64,000 bases of DNA from Alphaproteobacteria bacterium. GTDB taxonomy: Bacteria; Pseudomonadota; Alphaproteobacteria; JAAXGF01. The stretch lies in contig CAUVXB020000002.1 of NCBI GenBank assembly GCA_963555825.3, positions 1,952,001 through 2,016,000 of the forward strand, in the 5' to 3' direction. The position numbers were made by a program, and so were the translations under genes. This document shows, piece after piece, positions 55,762 through 64,000 of the stretch (within the stretch, counting starts at the first letter, position 1; each line of letters opens with the position of its first letter). The notes below the pieces were generated by a model. The model searched no databases. It was not told where the DNA came from and worked only from the letters and a program-made list of their open reading frames with translations.

Positions 55762-57312
55762 TCAAGCTTGGTCGGCGCGGCTGAAATGGGCGCGCAATTC
55801 GCCGAGACGCGCCGCGCCGAGGACCTGCGCGGCGACGCCGTAGACGACCAGACCGGCGCCGACCAGAGCCGCCAGGGCGGCGGCGGCCTCGGCGGTCGAC
55901 CCGGCGAGCGGGCCTTCGAGCACGGTCGCGAGCGGCCACAATAGCGCCGCCATGACGGCGCTCGCGGCAGCGATGCGCGGCAGCCGGGCAGCCAGACGGG
56001 CGTCGATCTCGAGCGCGCCGCGACGCCGCAGGATAATCCAGAACACGACGGCGTGGAGCCACGCCGCGGCCGAGGTGGCGAGCGCGATGCCGACATAGCC
56101 GATGATTTGGAACAGCGCGAGGCTCAGCGCCGTGTTGGTGGCGACGACGATCAGCGTGACGCGGAACGGCGTCACCGTGTCCTCGCGCGCGAAGAAGCCG
56201 GGCGACAGCACCTTGACCAAGACGTAGGCGGGCAGGCCCAGCGAGAAGGCGAACAGCGCGCGCGCCGTCGCGTCGGTGTCGGCCGCGCTGAACGCGCCGC
56301 GCTCGAACAGCACCTGGACGATCGGCCAGGCGATCACCAGGAGCGCCGCCGTGGCCGGCAGGGTCAACAGCAGCGACACCTCGAGCGCGCGCGACTGGCT
56401 CTCCTTGGCGGCCGCCGCATCGCCGGCGCGCAGGCTGCGCGCGAGCATCGGCAGCAGCGCCGTGCCGACCGCGACGCCGACCACGCCGAGCGGCAGCTGA
56501 TAGACCCGGTCGGCGTAATAGAGCCAGGCGGCGGCGCCGGTCTGCAGGGTCGCGATCATAGTGCCGATTAAGAGGTTGAGCTGCAGCGCGCCGGCGGTGA
56601 AGGCGAGCGGCAGGATCAAGACGCCGAGCCGCCGAACCCCCGGCGTCAGCCGCGGCCGGGGCAGGGCGAGCGCCATGCCGGCGCGCCGGCAGGCGACGAT
56701 CATCATCAGGAACTGGGCGGCGCCCGCCGCGGCTACGCCCCAGACGAGCGCGTGTCCGGCGGCTTCCGGCGTGCCGATGAAGGCGAGCAGCACGCCGATC
56801 AATATGACGTTGAGCAGGATCGGCGCGGCAGCCGGCGCGACGAAGCGGTAGAGCGCGTTCAGGACACCGCCAAGCAACGCGACCAGCGCCATGAACAACA
56901 GATAGGGGAAGGCGATGCGCGCGAGATCGACGGCGAGCGCGAATTTGCCCGGCTCGTCGACGAAACCGGGCGCGATGACGACCATCAGCCACGGCATGGT
57001 GATCTCGACCAGCACGGTGAAGATCAAGAGCGCGCTGAGCAGCACGGCGAGCGTCTGTTCGGCGAAGGCCTTGGCGGCTGCCCGGCCCTCGGACTCGAGC
57101 CGACGCGAGAACAGCGGCACGAAGGCCGCCGCCAAGGCGCCCTCGGCGGCCAGCCGGCGGAACAGGTTGGGGAAGCGGAAGGCGACGACGAAGGCCTCGG
57201 CGACCGGCCCGGCGCCGAGCAGCGCGGCGATCAAGACGTCGCGCACGAAGCCCAGCACGCGGCTCGCCATGGTGTAGCCACCGACCGTGGCGGCGAAGCG
57301 GATCAGCGCCAT
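55762..57312 (-). CDS. murJ: Lipid II flippase MurJ (MviN)
   Basis: SRVLGFVRD, AFRFPNLFRRL.AEGA, YYADRVYQLPLG, FFAREDT.TP. Confidence 0.96.
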   Translation of the reverse strand: MALIRFAATVGGYTMASRVLGFVRDVLIAALLGAGPVAEAFVVAFRFPNLFRRLAAEGALAAAFVPLFSRRLESEGRAAAKAFAEQTLAVLLSALLIFTVLVEITMPWLMVVIAPGFVDEPGKFALAVDLARIAFPYLLFMALVALLGGVLNALYRFVAPAAAPILLNVILIGVLLAFIGTPEAAGHALVWGVAAAGAAQFLMMIVACRRAGMALALPRPRLTPGVRRLGVLILPLAFTAGALQLNLLIGTMIATLQTGAAAWLYYADRVYQLPLGVVGVAVGTALLPMLARSLRAGDAAAAKESQSRALEVSLLLTLPATAALLVIAWPIVQVLFERGAFSAADTDATARALFAFSLGLPAYVLVKVLSPGFFAREDTVTPFRVTLIVVATNTALSLALFQIIGYVGIALATSAAAWLHAVVFWIILRRRGALEIDARLAARLPRIAAASAVMAALLWPLATVLEGPLAGSTAEAAAALAALVGAGLVVYGVAAQVLGAARLGELRAHFSRADQA

Positions 57313-57363
57313 GGCCGCGTCACATCGGAATTCCGTGGCCGAAGAAAGGCGGGCACGGGCGCG

Positions 57364-60126
57364 TTATTCGGCCGCATCGGCCTTGCCCGGCGCGGCGCCG
57401 GGCTCGGCGAGCGCGTCGAGCAGGCGTTCGCGCAGCGTGGTAAGCTTGCCCTCATGGGTGATCTTCAGGCCGAAGACGTCCTTGAGGTAGAAGACGTCGA
57501 CGGCGCGCTCACCGTGGGTCGAGACATGCGCCGTGACGATCGAGAGCGCGAGGTCGGCGAGCGCCTTGGTGACGTCGTGCAGGAGCCCCGGCCGGTCGCG
57601 GCCGTTGACCTCGATACGCGTGTGGCGCGTGCTCGCGGCATTGTCGATCAACACGCGCGGCGCCACCGTGAAGGCCGCCGCGGCGCGGCTCGACAGCGTG
57701 CGCCGGCCGGCGAGTTCGGCGCCCGGGTCGAGCCGGCCGCTCAGCGCCGCCTCGACCAACGCCGAAAGCTTGGCCAGCCGATCGGGCCGCTCGACCGGGT
57801 TGCCCTCGACGTCGTGCACCCAGAAGACGTCGAGCGCCATGCCGTCGGCGGTGGTGTAGATGCTGGCGTTGACGATCGAGGCGCCGGCCAGCGCCATGGC
57901 GCCGCAGACCTTCGAGAACAAGCCGTGCTGGTCGGGCGTGAACAGCGTCACTTCGGTGATCGAATGGCGCGCATTGACGCGGGTATCGAGCGTCACCGCG
58001 TCGCCCGCCGCCTCGGCGGCGCGCATCAGCCGCGCGTGATGGGCATGGCCGGCAGCGTCGAAGCTGAGCCAGTAGGGCGCATAGAGGCGCTCGATGTGGC
58101 GCTCGATGTCATGTTGCGGCCAGTCGGCGAGCTCGGCGCGCAGATCGTCCTTCGCGGCGGCGACGCGGTGGCGCTTGGCTTCCGCCGCGTGGCCGCCCGA
58201 CATGACCTCGAGCGCGCGGTAGTAGAGCTGGCGCAAGAGCGCGCCCTTCCATGCACTCCAGACGTTGGGACCGACCGCGCGGATGTCGGCCGCAGACAAC
58301 ACCAGTAACAATTTGAGCCGCTCGGGCGACTGCACTTGGGCGACGAAATCGTCGATCGTCTTTGGCTCGTTGAGGTCGCGCTTGAAGGCGATGCGGGCGA
58401 ACAGCAGATGATAGCGCACCAGCCAGGCGACGGTCTCGGTCTCGGACGGCTCGAAGCCGAGCCGGGCGCCCAGCTTGTCGGCGATCTCGGCGCCGATCTC
58501 GGAGTGGTCGCCGCCGCGCCCCTTGGCGATGTCGTGCAGGAACACGGCGAGGTAGAGCACGCGCCGCGACAGTACCTGGTGGATGATCTCGGTCGCCAGC
58601 GGCAGCTCGTCGGCCAGCTCGCCGCGCTCGATGCCGGCGAGCACGCCGACCGCGCGGATGGTGTGCTCGTCGACCGTGTAGACATGGTACATGTCGTGCT
58701 GCATCTGGGCGACGACGCGGCCGAAATCGGTCACGAAGCGGCCAAGCACGCCGGCCTCGTTCATGCGCCGGAGCGCGGTTTCCGGATCCTTGCGCGAGGT
58801 CAGCATCTCGACGAACAGGCGGTTGGCTTGCGGATCGGCGCGCAGATCCGCGTCGATGCGTTTGAGGTTCTGCGTGATCAGGCGCAACACACTCGGATGG
58901 ATGTCGAGGTCGTGTTTGTCGGCTGAGTGGAACAGCCGCAGCATCGCCGCCGGGTCGCGCGCAAAGACGTCGTCGGCCGGCACGCCAAGCCGGCCGCCTT
59001 CGACCGCGAAGCCGTCGATCTCGCGCCGACCGAACCCGGCGCGCGCCAGCCTCGGCCGCGTCGAGACGTGCAGTTCGGCCTCGATCGCGGCGCAGAAGAT
59101 GCGCGTCAGGTCGCCGACCTCCTTGGCGACCAGGAAATAGTGCTTCATGAAGCGCTCGACGCCGCTCGCCCCGGCGCGGTCGGTATAGCGCATGCGGCGG
59201 CCGATCTCGGGCTGGACGTCGAAGGTCAGACGCTCCTCGCCGCGTCCCGCCAGGTAGTGCAGATGGCAGCGCAGGGTAGCCAGGAACTCAGGCGCCTTGG
59301 CGAACTTGACGCGCTCGCGGCGGCCCAGCACGCCGCGCGCGACCAGCGCGTCGACGTCGTCGACCCGGTAGACGTATTTGGCGATCCAATAGAGCGTCTG
59401 CAGGTCGCGCAGGCCGCCCTTGCCCTCCTTGATGTTGGGCTCCAGCACGTAGCGCGAATTGCCCATGCGCCGATGGCGGCGCTGGCGCTCGTCGAGTTTG
59501 GCGGCGACGAACTCGGGCGCCGTGCGGGCGACCAGCTCGTCGGTGAAGCGGCGGCGCAGCTCGTCGAACAGCGTGGCGTCACCGGCGACCGCGCGCGATT
59601 CCAAGAGCGCCGTGCGAATCGTCATGTCGTGGCGCGCGCGGCCCAGGCATTCGCCCGGCGTGCGGGTCGCGTGGCCTACCTTCAAGCCCAGGTCCCACAG
59701 CATGTACAGCGTGTATTCGATGACCTGTTCGATCCACGGCGTCTCCTTGTAGGGCAGCAGGAACAGCAGATCGACGTCGGAGTAGGGCGCCAGCTCGCCG
59801 CGGCCATAGCCGCCGACCGCGACCACCGCGATGCGCTCGCCGGTCGTGCGGTTGGCGCTCGGAAATACCGTCCCGGCGGCGAAGTCGAAGATCGCGCCGA
59901 CCAGGGCGTCGACCAGGCGGCAGTTGGCGGCGAGCACGGCCGAGCCCGGCGCGCCGGCCTCGAAGTCGCGCCGCACCGCCGCGTGGCCCACGGCCAGGAC
60001 GTCCTTGAGCCGCGCCAGCACCACCGCGCGCGCCGCCTCGGCGCCCGTGTCCTCGGCGATGTCGGCGAGTTCGTCGGTCAACGCCGCGCGCTCGAGGGCC
60101 GGGGAGGTCATGGCATTGGCATCCAT
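57364..60126 (-). CDS. glnD: [Protein-PII] uridylyltransferase/uridylyl-removing enzyme
   Basis: AVGGYGRGELAPYSDVDL, EPNIKEGKGGLRD, YHVYTVDEH, LHDIAKG, two ACT domains. Confidence 0.96.
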   Translation of the reverse strand: MDANAMTSPALERAALTDELADIAEDTGAEAARAVVLARLKDVLAVGHAAVRRDFEAGAPGSAVLAANCRLVDALVGAIFDFAAGTVFPSANRTTGERIAVVAVGGYGRGELAPYSDVDLLFLLPYKETPWIEQVIEYTLYMLWDLGLKVGHATRTPGECLGRARHDMTIRTALLESRAVAGDATLFDELRRRFTDELVARTAPEFVAAKLDERQRRHRRMGNSRYVLEPNIKEGKGGLRDLQTLYWIAKYVYRVDDVDALVARGVLGRRERVKFAKAPEFLATLRCHLHYLAGRGEERLTFDVQPEIGRRMRYTDRAGASGVERFMKHYFLVAKEVGDLTRIFCAAIEAELHVSTRPRLARAGFGRREIDGFAVEGGRLGVPADDVFARDPAAMLRLFHSADKHDLDIHPSVLRLITQNLKRIDADLRADPQANRLFVEMLTSRKDPETALRRMNEAGVLGRFVTDFGRVVAQMQHDMYHVYTVDEHTIRAVGVLAGIERGELADELPLATEIIHQVLSRRVLYLAVFLHDIAKGRGGDHSEIGAEIADKLGARLGFEPSETETVAWLVRYHLLFARIAFKRDLNEPKTIDDFVAQVQSPERLKLLLVLSAADIRAVGPNVWSAWKGALLRQLYYRALEVMSGGHAAEAKRHRVAAAKDDLRAELADWPQHDIERHIERLYAPYWLSFDAAGHAHHARLMRAAEAAGDAVTLDTRVNARHSITEVTLFTPDQHGLFSKVCGAMALAGASIVNASIYTTADGMALDVFWVHDVEGNPVERPDRLAKLSALVEAALSGRLDPGAELAGRRTLSSRAAAAFTVAPRVLIDNAASTRHTRIEVNGRDRPGLLHDVTKALADLALSIVTAHVSTHGERAVDVFYLKDVFGLKITHEGKLTTLRERLLDALAEPGAAPGKADAAE

Positions 60127-60131
60127 GGCGC

Positions 60132-62834
60132 TCAATTGCCTTGCTCGGCGAGCGTTTTCAACCGATAGATCAATTCCAGCGCATCGCGCGGCGACAGCTC
60201 GTCGGGCGCGATCTCGGCGAGCACATCCTCGAGCACGCTCCGCGCGGCCGGCGAGACCGGCTGATCGAGCACGGCGGAGAACAGCGGCAGGTCGTCGGCG
60301 AGGCGCGCCAGCGCGCCCGATTGCTCGCCTTGTTCGAGCGTCTCGAGGATATGCTCGGCGCGCGCCACCACGGCCAGCGGCAGGCCGGCCAGGCGGCCGA
60401 CGTGGATGCCGTAGGAGCGGTCGGCGGCGCCCGGCGCGACCTCGTAGAGAAAAATCACCTCGCCGCGCCATTCCTTGACCCGCATCGAGTGGCAGGCGAG
60501 CGCGGCGTGGCGCGCGGCGAGCGCGGTGAGTTCGTGGTAGTGCGTCGCGAACAGCGTGCGGCAGCGGTTGACGTCGTGCAGGTGCTCGACCGTCGCCCAG
60601 GCGATCGAGAGGCCGTCGAAGGTCGCCGTGCCGCGGCCGATCTCGTCGAGGATGACCAGCGACCGTTCGCCCGCCTGGTTGAGGATCGCCGCGGTCTCGA
60701 CCATCTCGACCATGAAGGTCGAGCGGCCGCGCGCCAGGTCGTCGGCCGCGCCGACCCGGCTGAACAATCGGTCGACGACGCCGATATGGGCGCTCGCGGC
60801 GGGCACGAACGCGCCGCTCTGCGCGAGGATCGCGATCAGCGCGTTCTGGCGCAGGAACGTGCTCTTGCCCGCCATGTTCGGCCCGGTGACCAGCCACAGG
60901 CGGCGCTCGGGGCCGAGATCGCAGGCGTTGGCGACGAAACCCGCAGGCCCGCCCTCGCCGCCCGCCGCCAGCGCCTCGACGACCGGGTGGCGGCCGCCCG
61001 CGATTTCGAAGGCGAGACTGTCGTCAACCACGGGCCGAGTGTAGTCGCGTTCGACCGCCAGCGCCGCCAGCGCTGTCGCCAGATCGATGCCGGCGAGCGA
61101 CCGGGCGCATGCGGCGATCTCGTCGGCGCGCGCGGTGACCTCGCCGACCAGGTTCTCGAACAGCTCGAGCTCGAGCGCCAGCGCGCGCTCGGCGGCGCTC
61201 CTGATCTTGTTCTCGAGCGCACCCAGCTCAACCGTGGTGTAGCGCACCGCGCCGGCCAGCGTCTGGCGGTGGATGAAGCTCTCGGTCACCTTGTCGGCGT
61301 TGGTCGGCGTGACCTCGACGAAATAGCCGAGCACGTTGTTGTGGCGCACCTTGAGCGAGGCGACGCTGGTGTCGGCGCGGTAGCGCGCCTCGAGCTCGGT
61401 CAACAGCCGGCGGCTCTCGTCGCGCAGCGTGATCAGCTCGTCGAGCTCGGGCGCGTAGCCCTGCGCGATGAAGCCGCCGTCGCGCGCGATCAGCGGCGGC
61501 TCGGGGCGCAGCGCGCGGGCCAGGCGGTCGACCAGCGTGTCGTGGTGACCGAGCCCGCTATCGAGCGCGGTGAGCGCCTCGGGCGGTGCCGCCAGCCCGC
61601 CGCCGGCGAGCGCGCCGTGGACCAGCGCCGATTGCGCCAACGCGTCGCGCACCGCGCCGAGATCGCGCGGCCCGCCGCGCCCCACGGTCAGTCGCGACAG
61701 CGCGCGCTCGATGTCGGGGCAGCGCGCCAGCAGGCCGCGCAGCTCGTCGCGCAGCCGGGCGTCGGCGACGAAGTAGGCGACCGCGTCGAGCCGGCGGTTG
61801 ATCTCGGCCACCTCGGTCAGCGGCGCGGCGAAGCGGGCGGCCAGGAGGCGCGCGCCGGCGCCCGAGATGGTCCGGTCGATGACGCTCAGCAGACTGCCGG
61901 CGCGCTCGCCCGAGAGCGTCGCGGTCAGCTCGAGATTGCGCCGCGTCGCCGCGTCGATCGACATCGCGGCGCCGGCCGGCGCGAGGCGCGGCGGCGCGAG
62001 GCGCGGCATCTGGCCCTTCTGGGTCAGCGCGACGTAATCGATCAGCGCGCCGCAGGCGCCGAGCTCGGCGCGGCCATAGGCGCCGAAGGCGTCGAGCGCG
62101 GCGACCTTGAACAGCGCCTTGAGGCGGCGTTCGCCCGACGCCGAATCGAAACGCGCGGCGGGCAACGGCGTCAGCACGCGCTTCCACTCGGTGAAGACGT
62201 CGTACAATGCCGGCTGCTCGAGCAAGCTGTCGGCGACCAGCAATTCGCCGGGCTGTAGCCGCGCGAGCTCGGCGGCGAGGCCGACGGAAGCGACCGGCTG
62301 GACGCCGAACTCGCCGGTCGAGACATCGAGCCAGGCGAGCGCGAACGCAGTGCCGGCGCGCCCGATGGCGGCCAGATAATTGTGCCGGCGCGGGTCGAGG
62401 AGGGTGTCCTCGGTGAGCGTGCCGGCAGTCACGACGCGCACCACGGCGCGCTTGACGAGCGACTTGGAACCCCGCTTGCGCGCCTCCGCCGGCGCCTCGA
62501 CCTGCTCGCCGATGGCGACCTTGAAACCCTTGCGCGTGAGCCGCGCGAGATAGCCTTCGGCGGCATGCACCGGCACGCCGCACATCGGTATGTCGGCGCC
62601 GTCGTGCTTGCCGCGCTTGGTCAGCGTGATGTCGAGCGCGGCGGCCGCGGCGACCGCATCGTCGAAGAACAGCTCGTAGAAGTCGCCCATGCGGTAGAAC
62701 AGCAGCACGTCGGGGTGGGCGCGCTTGATCTCGAGGTACTGCGCCATCATGCGCGTCGCGCCCTCGGGCTTGGGCGGCGGCGCGGTCTCGGCATCGGCGC
62801 CGGTGACGGCGGCATCGGGGGCGGACGGCGGCAC
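60132..62834 (-). CDS. mutS: DNA mismatch repair protein MutS
   Basis: [40 protein letters not shown]; GTG start after GGAGG. Confidence 0.97.
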   Translation of the reverse strand: MPPSAPDAAVTGADAETAPPPKPEGATRMMAQYLEIKRAHPDVLLFYRMGDFYELFFDDAVAAAAALDITLTKRGKHDGADIPMCGVPVHAAEGYLARLTRKGFKVAIGEQVEAPAEARKRGSKSLVKRAVVRVVTAGTLTEDTLLDPRRHNYLAAIGRAGTAFALAWLDVSTGEFGVQPVASVGLAAELARLQPGELLVADSLLEQPALYDVFTEWKRVLTPLPAARFDSASGERRLKALFKVAALDAFGAYGRAELGACGALIDYVALTQKGQMPRLAPPRLAPAGAAMSIDAATRRNLELTATLSGERAGSLLSVIDRTISGAGARLLAARFAAPLTEVAEINRRLDAVAYFVADARLRDELRGLLARCPDIERALSRLTVGRGGPRDLGAVRDALAQSALVHGALAGGGLAAPPEALTALDSGLGHHDTLVDRLARALRPEPPLIARDGGFIAQGYAPELDELITLRDESRRLLTELEARYRADTSVASLKVRHNNVLGYFVEVTPTNADKVTESFIHRQTLAGAVRYTTVELGALENKIRSAAERALALELELFENLVGEVTARADEIAACARSLAGIDLATALAALAVERDYTRPVVDDSLAFEIAGGRHPVVEALAAGGEGGPAGFVANACDLGPERRLWLVTGPNMAGKSTFLRQNALIAILAQSGAFVPAASAHIGVVDRLFSRVGAADDLARGRSTFMVEMVETAAILNQAGERSLVILDEIGRGTATFDGLSIAWATVEHLHDVNRCRTLFATHYHELTALAARHAALACHSMRVKEWRGEVIFLYEVAPGAADRSYGIHVGRLAGLPLAVVARAEHILETLEQGEQSGALARLADDLPLFSAVLDQPVSPAARSVLEDVLAEIAPDELSPRDALELIYRLKTLAEQGN

Positions 62835-62877
62835 GGGCGGGCATTCCTCCGGGTGGAAATCGCGCCCAAAGCTAGCA

Positions 62878-62904
62878 CATCGCGCGCATCGCGCGCATCG
62901 CGCG
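62878..62904. repeat. CATCGCGCG x3 tandem repeat upstream of mutS
   Basis: Three exact 9-nt copies. Confidence 0.85.
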
Positions 62905-63124
62905 TAGACGCGCGCCCGATCGGCGCACGTCACGGCGGTGTCTCGGTTTGAAATTCTGTCGAAACAAAGCCCGGAACACCGGTTTATCAGCGGATCATGC
63001 CCGGTTTTCGCTCGTAGGCGGACTCAGCGTGCCTGCGCTGCCGAGGGCGGCTTGTGGCCCGAAGCAGACATTGGTGAAGCCCGACTTCGTACCTGAGATT
63101 ATGCGCCGGACAGACCCGATGTCT

Positions 63125-63910
63125 CTACGTTGGCTTGTTAGCGCGCAGCTGGACAAGGCAGATTTCCCCCCTATCTGCCATCACTTCTATCTGTCGCCAA
63201 TTCGAGAGCCATCTCTCAGCCACCGCCTCGTCGAACGCCTCGATGAGCCGATCTCTGACGGTGCCGGCTTCCATTCGCTCGACGTCCGCCCGCAGAATTT
63301 CAAGGAACCATTGTTGATGATCCCGCACGACGATATCGGTAAATCCGGCTTGCTTAAGCGCGCCTCTCGTTTCATCCGCCGTCGCCCAGTTGAAGGTAAG
63401 ACCGCCACCCTCCAGAAATGTCACCATCTCTGCTGAGAACGGACCGTCGTCTCCGCGCAACCAATCGTTGGCTGCAAGCGTCCCTCCCGGCCGGAGTACG
63501 CGGAAAATGTCGGCAAAGAGCGTCGGCTTATTCGGGATTTGGAGAAAGACCCCCATGCTGAACACCACATCAAAGCTCGCGCCCGCAAAGGGAAATGGGC
63601 CTGGTTCGACGATTTCGTACGTGATGCGATCCGAGACGCCTCGCTTCGTTGCCAATTGGCGGGATCGCTCGGCCTGTTCGGCCTGAACATCAATAGAGAC
63701 GATTTTCCCGGCGCCGTGGTTTGCCGCAAGTGCAACCGAGGGGCCTCCGAGTCCGGAACCGATATCGAGAATGGTTCGTCCAGACAGGTCTATCCCTTCG
63801 ACCACGGATGCGACCTCTCCGTCACCGCCTGGGGACATCCAGCCTTCACCCCACACAATCGCATGGCAGATGAGATGCTCCTCGGTGTATTCACCGCTGG
63901 TGTCCGCCAT
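63125..63910 (-). CDS. Class I SAM-dependent N-methyltransferase (phosphoethanolamine/sarcosine N-methyltransferase-like)
   Basis: WGEGWMSPGG, ILDIGSGLGG, FDVVFS, RVLRPGG; visibly lower GC than the rest of the window. Confidence 0.85.
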   Translation of the reverse strand: MADTSGEYTEEHLICHAIVWGEGWMSPGGDGEVASVVEGIDLSGRTILDIGSGLGGPSVALAANHGAGKIVSIDVQAEQAERSRQLATKRGVSDRITYEIVEPGPFPFAGASFDVVFSMGVFLQIPNKPTLFADIFRVLRPGGTLAANDWLRGDDGPFSAEMVTFLEGGGLTFNWATADETRGALKQAGFTDIVVRDHQQWFLEILRADVERMEAGTVRDRLIEAFDEAVAERWLSNWRQIEVMADRGEICLVQLRANKPT

Positions 63911-64000
63911 CTTCTCATCCATTCCGCTTCGCAAGGCCTGAACACACATTCGTACTCTTATCCCGGATGATCCCATCACCATGATCCGGGGCGATACACT

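Overview
High-GC alphaproteobacterial chromosome segment (Rhodospirillales-like by gene order; inference). It is mostly housekeeping and mostly minus-strand: polA; fabI/fabA/fabB; pnp-rpsO-truB-rbfA-infB-nusA-rimP; trmB-metK; lnt-corC-ybeY-phoH-miaB-fur-mucR; tsaB; trpS-murJ-glnD-mutS. No rRNA, tRNA, CRISPR or transposase gene was found. Most notable: (1) a ~262-nt non-coding element in two copies (9066-9328, 52031-52292) with conserved junction motifs and multi-arm fold but unrelated, still-complementary stem sequences; one copy is nested in a larger palindromic element and the other interrupts the start of a giant Sel1/Pro-Glu gene; (2) a single-ORF FabI-FabA fusion with a 22-residue amphipathic repeat linker; (3) a structured metK leader that matches no SAM riboswitch I recognise; (4) an irr-katG-rubrerythrin block with mosaic codon usage and altered di-iron ligands; (5) several small palindromic or MITE-like families at TAG stop codons. 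All calls come from reading the sequence; no searches or folding programs were run, so novelty is unverified.
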